Source: Eledone cirrhosa (lineage: Eukaryota). Taken from it: a DNA stretch of 64,000 nucleotides. Location: the NCBI GenBank assembly GCA_964016885.1, contig OZ024741.1, positions 118,110,001 to 118,174,000 of the forward strand, given 5' to 3'. The notes under the pieces are model-generated. The model saw nothing but the letters and a program-made list of their open reading frames with translations, ran no database searches and was not told the DNA's origin. A program made the translations under genes and the position numbers. Positions 38,902 to 51,600 of this stretch are shown in pieces (the stretch's first letter is position 1; each line of letters begins with the position of its first letter).

Positions 38902-39692
38902 TTAAGATACATTATATTTGAGAAGACTAATTATAATTATTAGTGTCAGTTACAATATATTGAAGAGTAAGAGAAAAAGAATATTATAATGAAAAGATGG
39001 TAATAAAGTATTGAAAAGTATTATAAAGAGAAGCTGTTTTGAAGCTATATGATATATGCAAGGAATATTACTTATAAATCAATATATCAAGAATATTATA
39101 CCAAGAATATAAATAATAGCAGAGAGCATGCAATAAGGTAAGACAATTGTGTAGTGATAGCATACATACATTATATATTATAAGCATTATAAGATGTATT
39201 AGTTATAGGCAAAGATATTTATGCAGAAAGTTTTATAAAGTTTATGTAGAAAATGTTAATATCTATAGTTGTGACGTGTGCAAGCGATAAGTATAGAATT
39301 GTACAGTTTAAACAAATATATAAAACAAACACTTAATCCAAAGGTATGGATTTTAAGGACCTCCTTTAATGTTGTGATGACAATTGTAGTACTAATTTGA
39401 TGTAGTTGTTGCTGTGTCATAATCGGTGTTTCAATATTATCATTTATAAACGCTGATTTATATTGATTGAATATATGTATAGATAATATACATGATAGTT
39501 GACATTTTTCAACGTGGTACACCAAGCTAGACTACGTTGAAATTCAAACATCAACTTGCAAAAAACCTAAAGATTATGATAGTGTAAACATATTGATATT
39601 GAAGGCTACAGTTTGAAAAGGTTTAATGAATTCAAATTTGTCTCGATCGTTAGCAATTAAATGCATTAAACAAAAAATTAATTATTTTCTGT

Positions 39693-39733
<41 letters not shown>

Positions 39734-39821
39734 CGAAGGAAGTGTGGTAAGGAACCAGGTGGACCGCACAAGAGTACTCAATACTTAGGGTAGTAGAGTG
39801 GGAAATAGGAAAATGTTCTCA

Positions 39822-41136
39822 AGACCCCGACGGCAGAGCTCAAGTCGTTTCGACGGCTATTTCTGGACTAAATTAGATTTTTAGCGTTGTAATAAATAGC
39901 CGAATTTTTCATGGAAGAAACAACCTAGACATTAATATAGAGCCGACCAGGAGGTGTAACTGCCCTGATAGATCTACGTGCCACCTCAACAACAGATGCC
40001 GAGAACGTAACGTGATCTACCAATGCAACGTGAGGACGGAAAACTCCAACAAAGCCTATATAGGATTAACCGCTTGTGACTTTAAGACCTGGCTCTACCA
40101 ACACCGACATACGTTCAGAAACCCGGCCCGGCGACATGCCACTACACTTTCGGGCCACATCTGGGACATCCAAGATAATAACATCACATACCATCTTACT
40201 TGGAGCTTACTTTCCAGAGCTAACTCCTACACGGGAGGACGCCGTCCGTGTAACCTATGCTCGGAGGAAACATTACAAATGCTGTTTACGAAGGACCAAC
40301 TCCTAAGCAAAAAGAAAAACGAAGTTGTAACCGCATGTAAACACCGATTGCGTAGGACTTACCTCGCCCTCAAACCCCCTCATGATCCGGGTGGGTAGAC
40401 AATGGCTGTAACATCCTTCTTTTCCCCACTTGCCGAACAAGATAGGGGAAACCCCAGCATACATAGGTAGATGTACTTCTTTTCTTTTTTCCCTTTATCT
40501 CTTCTTCTCACTTCCTTCCACTCCCTCTCCTCTTCCTTTTCCTTTTTCCTTTTTCGCTTACCCTGAGGCAGCCCATCAGGCTTTTGTAGCCTCAGTACCC
40601 CCACCCAGTAAATTCTATATAGCATTGGCCGAAAACGCAATACCAGCTAAAAGTATAGCAGCTGTTTTAGACTCTAGTTTTTTTTTGTTTTGTTTTTTAT
40701 TTAATTTTTTAATATTATTATTATTATTTTTATTTATTGTTTTTTTAATTTTTTTAATTTCAATCTATTAACTTTTTAATTCTATAACTTCCCACTCTCA
40801 GATTCCTCCAGATTTTTTTTCGCCTGCTTCCTAACTAGCCTATTTTCACCCACACTCCTTAGAATTTACTGTATAGAATTCACTTTCAACGCTTGACCGG
40901 CTCCACCTGCTCCCTCATTGTTCTACAGGCAAGTTCAGCCACCCCCACCTACCACACACCGCCATGAAAGATTTAATTATGTTTACAAGAAATTTTGACC
41001 AATCCTTTTGACAACTACAATTTTCCCATATAAGAAATTACCCCTTGAAAAGTTCGGCTATTTATTACCACGCTAAAAATCTAATTTAGTCCAGAAATAG
41101 CCGTCGAAATGGCTTGAGCTCTGCCGTCGGGGTCTT
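39822..41136 (+). mobile_element. 5'-truncated Penelope-like element: GIY-YIG endonuclease (about 39950-40398), 3' region and about 90-bp inverted ends
   Basis: CNC...C...C knuckle, VIYQC...AYIGLT...H...CNLCSEE. Inverted repeats at 39822-39911 and 41046-41135. Confidence 0.9.
41040..41133 (+). ncRNA. Type I hammerhead motif, U3-A8 core, extended stem II
   Basis: ACCCC-TTGAAAA-G..CGGCTATTT...AAATAGCCG.C-GAA-ATGGC...GCCGT-C-GGGGT. Confidence 0.7.
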
Positions 41137-41175
41137 AAACATTTTCATATATATATATATATAAATATATATATA

Positions 41176-42937
41176 TATAAAAGAAGTTAATATCCCCACA
41201 GGTACTAAGTACCCCTGGAAATATATAGGGTGTCTATGATACAGTGATTGTTCTATGGTATTAATTTGACATACCATACCAGAACTATAAAATTAAGATA
41301 AGCGGAGCAAGCAATATTCAAACAATTTTTTAAATAAATTAAAAAATATAATTTAAATATTTACCTATTCCATTTGCTTTTACCGACGGTTTCACTTCAC
41401 AAAAAATTGGAGATCTCTAGGGACTTCCAATGGAAAAGTTCAGATCATCAGAGTGCATTTTCCTTTCCTAGGACAAAAAGTCCCAGGAACGGCAAAATAT
41501 ATTGCCATCTGCCAGCTAGCACAGGATCGAATGGGGCCGAAAATTTGACCTATGCATGAACCAGCCCTTAGTAGAAGCGGAAGTAAACATAGACGTATTG
41601 TCTACCTCGCCACTAAAAATAGCAGCTAAATAAAACAACAGATTTGTTCTCTACATAACGGAGAATATTAAAAGAAGATAATATCCATTTAGGAGATTAG
41701 TATCAGGTGTATATAAATTATAAAGAACGACAATAATTGCAGGTGAGTGTTGTGACATGGTTTTACTTCACAGAAGTCAAATAAATTGATATAAATAATT
41801 GTTACCACATGTTGATGGTCAGTTGGTCACAACTCCCAGACTGGAGTGTGTGGAGAAGAACAGAAACCTTCTGGTGGTAAGGTTCAAGTGTTTCTTTAGG
41901 CTGCCGGCGCAGGAAGGGAGACAGGAGTCATCTCTTGACAAGGTTTGAAGTGTTCTTCTTGCGGGCGAAGGAAGTGAGAGAGAATTGCCTCGCGTTCTCA
42001 AATATATAGTCCCCAGGGGGACGCAACTCCGTTTAGTACATGGATCTGCCACTGGGAGCCGCGACCGTCACAAAGGGACGCAAGTCCTATGCGTATCTGC
42101 TACTGGGAGTCGCGACCGTCACAAAGGGACGCAACTCCTATACGTATCTGCCACTGGGAGTTGAGACCGTCGCAAAGGGACGCAACTCCTATACGTATCT
42201 GAGTTACAGCCGTAAGGGGCCGCTACATCCCCACAGGTATTAAGTACCCCTGGAAATATATAGGGTGTCTATGATACAGTGGTTGTTCTATGGTATTAAT
42301 TTGACATACCATACCAGAACTATAAAATTGAGATAAGCGGAGCAAGCAATATTCAAACAATTTTTTTAAATAAATAAAAAAATATAATTTAAATATTTAC
42401 CTATTCCAATTGCTTTTACCGACGGTTTCACTTCACAAAAGATTGGAGATCTCTAGGGACTTCCAATGTAAAAGTTTAGATCATCAGAGAGCATTTTCCT
42501 TTTCTAGGACACCCTATATATTTCCAGGGGTACTTAGTACCTGTGGAGATATTAACTTCTTTTAATATTCTCCGTTAGAGAACAAATCTGTTGTTTTATT
42601 TAGCTGCTATTTTTAGTGGCGAGGTAGACAATACGTCTATGTTTACTTCCGCTTCTACTAAGGGTTGGTTCATGCATAGGTCAAATTTTCGGTTCCATTC
42701 GATCCTGTGCTAGCTGGCAGATGGCAATATATTTTGCCGTTCCTGGGACTTTATGTCCTAGGAAAGGAAAATTCTCTCTGATGATCTAAACTTTTCCATT
42801 GGAAGTCCCTAGGGATCTCCAATCTTTTGTGAAGTGAAACCGTCGGTAAAAGCAATTGGAATAGGTAAATATTTAAATTATATTTTTTAATTTATTTTAA
42901 AAAATTGTTTGAATCTTGCTTGCTCCGCTTATCTCAA
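41176..42937. mobile_element. Array of a roughly 495-bp hammerhead-containing unit: about 1.6 tandem copies (-) split by a solo LTR, plus an inverted copy (+, 42507-42937)
   Basis: 41191-41474 is repeated at 42227-42511 and 42507-42937 is the reverse complement. Each copy carries CTGATGA...GAAACCGTCGGTA. Confidence 0.85.
41688..42227 (-). mobile_element. Probable solo LTR (540 bp) with about 3.5 copies of a 51-bp tandem repeat
   Basis: Minus strand starts TGTAG and ends CTAAA (CTACA with one change). Flanks are TCCA/TCCC. It has a TATA-like ctatatattt. The empty site is visible in the sister copy at about 42545. Confidence 0.7.
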
Positions 42938-42950
42938 TTATATATATATA

Positions 42951-42988
<38 letters not shown>

Positions 42989-43109
42989 CAGGGTGTACCC
43001 CCAAAATGTATACACACTTTTCAACAGCATTCTAATAGATATTGCCTGTAATGAAAGTCTGTAAACATTTGGGAAGGGGGGGGGGGGGGTGTCATCTATA
43101 TATTCATTT

Positions 43110-43292
43110 CTAATTAAGGCACAAGACCAGCACATTTTGTGAGAAGAGCTAAGTTAATTAAATCAATCCCAGTACTTGACTAGTACTTTTAACGACCCCG
43201 AAAGAATGAAAGGTAATGTCGATCTCGGCTGGATTTGAACTTAGAATGTAATGGCATTTTATCCGACACTTATCAATTCTGCCAATCCACCA
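43110..43292 (-). mobile_element. Decayed tRNA-derived SINE
   Basis: Reverse of the family consensus. Confidence 0.7.
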
Positions 43293-43699
43293 CCCTCATA
43301 CGCAATATATATTAAAGGTAATAAGATTAATCAGATTGTTCCAGAGGACTTTCGGTTTGAGCGTTATTTGACCACTTTAGATGCCAAGCCCACATCTTCC
43401 ATATTCACTTTAGCTGTCTTTAAAACACTGTTGAATGAAAGCTTTCTTTACAAATAAAAAAACATATTAGCTTCTCTTAGGAGGATTTTTACAGACGCCA
43501 AAACTTCGTTGCCTGCCAGTGCCTCGAGAAAGCAGGCATACCGATTTAGTAGGTATTCTTTAGGTTCAAGCTGTAGCACACTAACGAAGTGATGTCCACA
43601 TTATCCACCTCCGCATAGACAGCTTTTCTCGATTTATATCTAGTTGGGATTTTTCCGTATATCTGATTATGCATGGGATGGGTCTACCAAGGAATATTT

Positions 43700-43915
43700 T
43701 GAACCGTTCTCAGAAGGGTAGTGTGCATGACTGATTGAACGTCGTAAAAGTTTTCCTGGTTACTGCTTCTGTGCAAAATATGAGATGGTTTCAGACGTCT
43801 TGTTGTGGGAGATCTCCTCTACCAGAGAGCTCAAATACCAGGGTACCATAGCAAGAGACACTGGAATTGACATGGATGGTCTACAAACATGATGGGAAAC
43901 AGAGACTGCTGGCGT
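43700..43915 (+). pseudogene. Possible RTE LINE C-terminal remnant
   Basis: VSDVLLWE...TIARDTGIDMDGLQT, followed after a frameshift by MGNRDCW. Confidence 0.45.
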
Positions 43916-44275
43916 AAAGTTGTGTTTCCTGTCTCGCCTAAGGGCGATGGATAAAATAATCTGAGATATCAAATTGTACGCTGTTATTACTTCAATACTG
44001 TTCTTTTCCACCTGGATGTCCGGCCAGACTGAACAAGACCCCAAGCATTTCAACCGGACCGAGATCTTTTTGAAAGAACAAGCTTCCTCAGATTCCCCTA
44101 GATGAGTGTATTTATGTATGAACCCGTAACTGCTGATGGATTTGTAGCGACACCGTTGTGACATATAGCGTGTCTTGGACACCTTAAACCTAGTGGAGCC
44201 CATTCCCTCTCTACTTGTGAATACAGTCGATTTCTTCCAGAGAAGGGGATTGAATGTGAGAAAGAGAGAAAGATA

Positions 44276-46478
44276 TGTAGCAGGAGTTGCCTCCCTTGTT
44301 GTGACACTCACATCCCCAATAGATTAACGCTCTCTAACAGGAAGTAGAACCCTTTCTGTAACTTCCGGTCAGAACCCTATAAAACTAACAACTTTAAGTT
44401 CTCTCTCTCTCATTCGCCTTTTCGGCTCCTGGCCTTCGCCAGGAGTCTTCGCTCAGGCGCGTTCACCTGGCAACCAAGCGGTAACTAATAACTTTGTTTC
44501 ATTCTCTCATCTATTCATTGACATGTCAACTATACTGTTTTATATATCCACAAATTGTTTATTAAATATTATACACACAAACCACGTCTCCTTGTTACAT
44601 TCATACACACCAGTATTTTGTTATAAGTGGTGACCCCGAAAAAAGAAAAAAATGGCAGAATCTGGTGTTGTGTGAGTAACATTACGAATACACAGCAAAA
44701 TTTGATTGACAAACTATGAAAATACACAGCCTACTTGAGTTCGCCATTCGTTTTAATGGAAATGTGGAGTGGCTTAACATTTGGAATATTCGAATCGGGT
44801 AGCTAGACTCACTTAGCGTAAGTCCATAAAATTCATAATGTTCCATTTGTTGAAGCACGCGGCCTGCACAATATTTCTGTCTAGCTTTCATGGTAACACT
44901 ATTGACTCACGCATACAGACGAACAAAGAAATACAACACAAAAGAAAGCGTTTTTTCGACGACTAACAAAAAATTTCTCTTTTGGATTGAAAATCGTACG
45001 ATGTCTTCTATCCGGTTGAGGTGGTTTGGTATATTTCAATTAGTTGATAAAATGAGTACGTCATTTTCGTTGGGATGTATCAGCTAACTTTTCGAAGATT
45101 ACTACAGCTCGTTCTTTGTTTTCGTCTGGCGTCCAATTACAATCCTGCGATAACATGAAAATTTCTTTCGCACGTGCTTCGACGATTAATTTGTTGCTTT
45201 TCACTGATTATGTATCGTTACGACTTTTAACGAACAGAATCGGATATTTGGCATTGGTTTTTCGAAATGCACATTGTATTTGCTGATTTTAAATCTTCAC
45301 ACGTTCATTGCAAAAAAAAGTTTTCACAGTCTAAACGCAAAAAATTCAAGATGGCCGCCTTTCTCCCGCTTTTTGACTTTTTGATTTCATTATCGGCACC
45401 ACCATGTATTGTCCTGTACTGTCCTTAATGTCTACTTTATGTAAACCCTTGTGGTTAATAAAGAAAACATTATCGGCACCGCCATCTTTGCTTCTTCTTC
45501 AAATGCAGCCATCTGATTGGCTTAGCCTCGTCACGCGACCATATCCTTGTTTTGGAAAAGAAATGCGACGCCATCTTGTTTCATAATGGCTGTCGCAGAT
45601 CCACCCTTCGGACTTTCGCTGCTATTTCTTGTACTGTGACTGAATTCCTTTTGCTTGCGGCAACTTTTGAGATATTATTTTTTTCTCCGTGAGACATCAG
45701 CTTCATCAACAACCAAAACCAGCAGAACAAGCCAGAGAATTTATTTTTGCAGCACTCTTCCTGTGAGAAAATCCATTCGGAGTTTGGAAATTTCACGATA
45801 TACCACAGAACAGAAACCACCTGCATTCATTCTCTGGAACACACTTTCTTTCCTGCTGTCATGTGATTGCACACCTGTGAACTATATTTTGTACATTTGA
45901 ACTTTGAGCTCTTCTCTTACTTTGATGACATTGTATCTTTGGGTGATGGATAGATAGATGTCCAGTCGTTCTCTGGCCAAGAGCGGTTGGCTACCTTGAT
46001 ATCCATCATTGATATTTGCAAACATTATTTTTTTTCGTAATTTTCATGCCTGTTACAACATTCTCGCCAACTTAGTACATACATATTTCATTCGATTTTT
46101 ATATGTTAAAAATCTGGCGGGGGGTAATGTAGCAGGAGTTGCCTCCCTTGTTGTGACACTCACATCCCCAATAGATTAATGCTCTCTAGACAGGAAGTAG
46201 AACCCTTTCTGTAACTTCCGGTCAGAACCCTATAAAACTAACAACTTTAAGTTCTTTCTCTCTCATTCGCCTTTTCGGCTCCTGGCCTTCGCCAGGAGTC
46301 TTCGCTCAGGCGCGTTCACCTGGCAACCAAGCGGTAACTAATAACTTTGTTTCATTCTCTCATCTATTCATTGACATGTCAACTATACTGTTCTATATAT
46401 CCACAAATTGTTTATTAAATATTATACACACAAACCACGTCTCCTTGTTACATTCATACACACTAGTATTCTGTTATA
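44276..46478 (+). mobile_element. Non-autonomous LTR retrotransposon (Gypsy-like signals): LTRs 44276-44625 and 46128-46478
   Basis: 350/351-bp LTRs with about 6 differences, TSD GATA/GATA, PBS TGGTGACCCCGA (tRNA-Trp complement) at 44628 and PPT ggcgggggg before the 3' LTR. No gag/pol ORF. Confidence 0.95.
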
Positions 46479-48664
46479 GATATATAGAGGAAGAATAGAC
46501 CTTAGTACTAGACTGGTACTTTATTTATCGATCCCGAAAGGATGAAATACAAAGTTGACCTCGGCGGGATTTGCACTAAAAAAAGCGCAGAGCTGAAATG
46601 AATACCGCAAGATATTCTGTCCGATGTTTTTAATGCCACTTTCATTTTGTCGCCCTGTCTAGATGAAATTAAACCAAATTAATATTTACTCCTGTCATCT
46701 ATCTATATTGAGGTAGCCACACACACACACACACACATCAGAGTGGGACGGTACCATGATCTCAGAACCGGTACATGAGTATTTAACACACTACTCTACA
46801 ATGTGTGCCCCTTTTTTTCTAATTATGCGCCTCATTCTTCCAAAAATAATAATTTCAGCTCCCTGTTTGTTAAGCTGACGGACTTACTTTTCGACGCTTC
46901 TTGCTTCTGACCAGTGCCGGATTTAGAACAAATGAGGTGCTATGCTAGTAAGTTATGAGGCCCCTTACTTGGGCCCTGAACGAGGTAGGGCCGGTAAAAA
47001 AAAATTGCAGAGCAAGAAGATGCAACCCCTCTCCCTGGCCAACGGGACCCTGTGCTTAAGCACACCTGAGTACAAAGAAAATGACTAAGCTTGAATTTTC
47101 CACTACACAATCCACAGCCACTCATGCTCAATCCTGCCCAGGTCATAACATCATACGACCCACTCCACCGCTTTGGATATTTCTACAATTCTGCTATGTG
47201 ACAGCCATGTTTAACAATTCATTTATTAAACGGTATGAAATTATTATATATTGAATTTAATTATACAAATTTGTACAAAAATTATGACTCTTTAAGGTTC
47301 AGTAATGAGCCGTCTCTGATGCCTGCACTCAACCCTGCTGCCTAATTGGCCATAACGATAGTGCCGGCTTTGCACGACTTGTATAGTAAGATACTACTCT
47401 CATCTGTAACTGACCCAGATCAAGCGGGATGCCACTCAAAACGTTTAGCATGAAAACAATCAGTGTTAAAAAATTCGGGATTTTCTTTTACACAAATAAA
47501 CCACTAAATTATGAAGAGCAAATATGGATAGAAAAAACAGAAAGCCAGGAGAAAGAGAAAATGAGAAGAGGAGCACCAGACTGATGTTTCTAAACATTGG
47601 TTAAACAGCATAACTTAAACAACACATGGATAGCTCTCTACTGCCTATTCATGACCAAATCATTTAATGCATGCCTCAACTGAACGGGTTGTCATATTCC
47701 GAGACCAAACGAGTCGCCACGACTCGTTTGGTCTCGTTATGTTCTATGTGTGGCACGGTTTCTACGGCTGGATGCTCTTCCTAACTCCAACTATCTTGCA
47801 AGCTGTGCTGGATGTATTTTTCGTAACACCAACACTACCACATTACAGCGTGGGCTAGATGTATTCTATCGTGATACCAGCACTAACATTTTACAGAGTG
47901 GACTAGGTACATGTTATCTTGGTACCAATACTAGCCCTTTGTATTGCCTTGAAATATGTGAAAAAGGGTTCTGATGCTGCAATTTTACTCTAACGCAGCA
48001 AAGTAGTAATGATGAAATTACTTTCATTTAAGATAAAACATCAGCAGCAATGAAGCTTTCTGGGGGCATCTATTACGTCTTTCTCATTCATAAACGATAG
48101 CATAAAGCTAAATAAGCACATGCTTAGGGCATCCATAGAATTGTATTTTAAAAATGTTTTTCAGACTTTATATATAGGGTGTGGGGCCATAATCTTTGAA
48201 GTGCTTAAGGGCTCAAAAGGATTTAATCCGGCCCTGAAGATATTCCATCATTCAACAGCTTGATTTGGAAAATAGTCGACAAGGTTACTTCATTTCAGAA
48301 ACCACTGCACAGCAAGGACAATATTCAATTCACACAGTGGTTAGTCCTGTTCAAGCTATACCACTATCATTTCTTTACAAAAACGTTCCTGTACGATTAG
48401 GTTCTGTCCTACTATACATGTGTCTAACATCATGAGCAAGTGTCGACATGGTTGGTAGTGACATGTCACACGGCTCCCATGTGAGAGACATGCTAGTCAT
48501 GTCCTGTATTGGTACTCCCATGGAAAGAGGCGAAGAGGATGTTCCAAGATGAATTGGCGGTAGACAATTGACAGAGACCTGAAACCCATAAAAAATAGTT
48601 GGAACAATTTATTGATAGATGGAACTGACCGAGATCATTGAAGCACTTTGGCTAATGATAGTGG

Positions 48665-51600
48665 AATGGATGACTGTAGCAATTACCGTGGGATATCCAT
48701 TATGTCTGTTATAGGCAAGGTCTTATGTACTGGACAGGCTTCTTGACAGCATAGCTGATGAAATCCTTCCTAAATCTCAGTGTGACTTTAGAAATGGTAG
48801 GGAGACATCGAACAACAGACAGCTGCAAGAGAAATGCATTGAGTGGGCAGCTGATGGATCTGTATCAGGTGTTTATCGATCTGACGAAGGCTTTTGATAC
48901 AGTCAATAGAATTGTCCTAGGGAAAATTCTCAAGAAACCCGGGTGACCTGATAAATTTGTCTGTGTTGGGTGGTTTCCATGATAAAATGAAGGCAACTGT
49001 CAACGTGGGTGGTAAGCTCTCTGATCCCATTGTGGTTGAAAATGGTGTTAAGCAAGAAGACATTCCGGCGCTGACTTTATTTGCGCTGTACTTTGTTATG
49101 GTTTTCTTGGTGGTCTTTGAAGGAGTCTACATTAGATATCGAACAACGGGTAAATTGATCAATATCAGAAGGTTTGCTGTCATGACAAAGATATTTACAT
49201 CGCTGATATGCAAATTCCTGTATGCCGATGACTGTCATCGCTCATTCCGAGAGTGACATGCAACGTCTTATGGATTCTTTTTCGAAAGTATGCAGTGTAT
49301 TGGGCTTAATAATCAGTCTGAAAAAGACTGTAGTGATGTATCAACCTGCACTAGGCAAAGCTTACTCTACGTCAAACATATATGTCTATGGTCAGAAATT
49401 GAAAGTCGTGGATAAGTTTGTATATCTAGGCAGCACTGTGAATGTGACCAATACTCTAGATCAGGGGTCACCAAACTACGGCCCGCGGGCCGGATCAGGC
49501 CCGCGACGTCAGTTCATCAGGCCCGCCGATGGTACTTGCATTTGCGTGATAAAACGGATGGAACACGAGATGTTTCTAATTCAATGTCTTTTTCATTTTC
49601 AGATCCCATTTTCTTCACCCTTTATTATGGCTACTAAGAAAAGAAAAGTGGACGCCAAGTGTCGCGTTTTCAATGAAGAATGGGGAGTAAAGTACTTCTT
49701 TGTGGAAACAAAGGACCAGAAAGCTAGTTGCGTGGTATGCAGCGAAATTGTTGCCGTTTTGAAAGAGCACAATCTTCGGCGTCACTATGAAACAAAACAT
49801 CTATCCACATATTCAAAGTTTTCTGGAAAGTTACGCTCTGAGAAATATGAGTCCATGAAACGTGGTTTAGAAACTCAAAGAAATCTCTTCACGAGAAAGT
49901 TTGCTGAAAATGAATCTGTCACTCGTACAAGTTACAAAATAGTGCATAAGTTGGCAGAGCGAGGAAAACCGTTTACTGATGGCAACTTCATCAAAGAGTG
50001 TATGATGGAAGCAGCAAATGACTTGTGTCTTGAGAATGCCGATTTGTTTGGAAGTATCAGCCTTTAGGCAAGTTCAGTTGTGCGGAGAACAGAAGAACTT
50101 GGAGAGAACATAGTGCTACAGATACGCGAGAAAGCTAGGAACTTGTGGTATTCTCTGGCGCTGGATGAGTCTACTGATCTCTCGAGTACGTCACAACTCT
50201 CGTATTCATTCGTGGTGTCAATTTGGACTTTCAGATAATGGAAGAGTTGGCATCCGTTTGCTGCATGCATGGAACAACAACTGGAAAAGACATTTTCGTG
50301 GAAGTGCAGAAAACTTTGCAAGGCTATAACCTTCAGTGGAATCAGCTTCGAGGTGTTACAGTTGATGGAGGAAAAAACATGGCTGGAGTGAGGAAGGGTC
50401 TGGTCGGGCAAATCAGGACTCTGTTGGAAGATTTGCAAATTCCGGGCGCTCTGTTCATACACTACATCATACATCAGCAAGCACTCTGTGGGAAAGACTT
50501 GGATATTTCTTGTGTACTGAAACCAGTCGTTTCTGCTGTGAACTTCATTCGGGACATGCACTCAATAACCGTCAATTCCAGGCTTTTCTTGAAGAAATTG
50601 ATTCTGATTTCTGTGACTTGCCTTATCACACAGCAGTGAGGTGGCTCAGTTGCGGTAAAGTCCTGTTTCGTTTTTACAAGCTCCGAAACGAAATAGATGT
50701 TTTTCTCACTGAAAAATATAGAGCTGATCCACAGCTGTCAGATCCTACCTGGCTGTCAAAGTTGACATTTTTGGTCGACATCACATCCCACATGAATGAA
50801 CTGAACTTGAAACTCCAGGGAAAGGATAACCTCGTCTGTGATCTCTACAGAATCATCAAAGGATTTCGGAGAAAGCTGTCAATGTTTGAAGCACAACTGG
50901 AAGGAGAAAACTTCTCTCATTTTCACTGTTTCAAAAAGTTTTGCGCTACAGTTGCTGAAGATGTCAACCTCGATTTTCCTAAAAAGATTATTCGTGACTT
51001 GAAGAAGCATTTTTTGGAGAGATTTTCAGATCTCGACAGAATTGAGAGTGACATTCTTCTGTTCCAGAATCCATTTGATTGTAACCTTGATGATGTGCCA
51101 GTTGAACTACAGTTGGAGTTCATTGATTTGCAAGCAAATTACTTGTTGAAAGAGAAGCACAGAGAAGGAAAACTTGTTGAATTTTACTGCTTCTTACCTG
51201 ATGTTGAGTATCCGAAATTGAAGAAATTTGCCGCTGGTATGGCATCATTGTTTGGAACAACTTATGTCTGTGAGCAAACATTTTCAAAAATGAAGTATGT
51301 GAAGTCAACACATCGAACGAGATTGACTGATGAACATTTGAAAGCAATTCTCTTGATTGGATGCAGCAATTCCAAACCAAACATTGATGATATCTTGAAA
51401 GCCAAACGTCAGTTTCACAAATCTCACTAACCTTTTTGCTGCTTAGTTTGTAAGATTCGGATATGTGCACACTAGGTCTGATGTAACTATATTTTTGCTA
51501 ACGTCGCCTTCTTTGATAACTTTTTAGTAAATAAATATGTTGGTTGTCTTTGTTTTTTGTGCATTGCACGCCACTCACCCATGATTAACACGGAATGCTA

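Noticed and set aside
40563-40650. CTGAGGC...GGCCGAAA as an additional hammerhead
   Set aside because: Core position 9 is wrong and I could not close stems I and III.
49222-50067. 281-aa ORF fusing RT sequence to a hAT transposase N-terminus as a novel chimeric gene
   Set aside because: Chance in-frame read-through across the insertion junction of two disabled elements; it ends at the transposase's premature stop.
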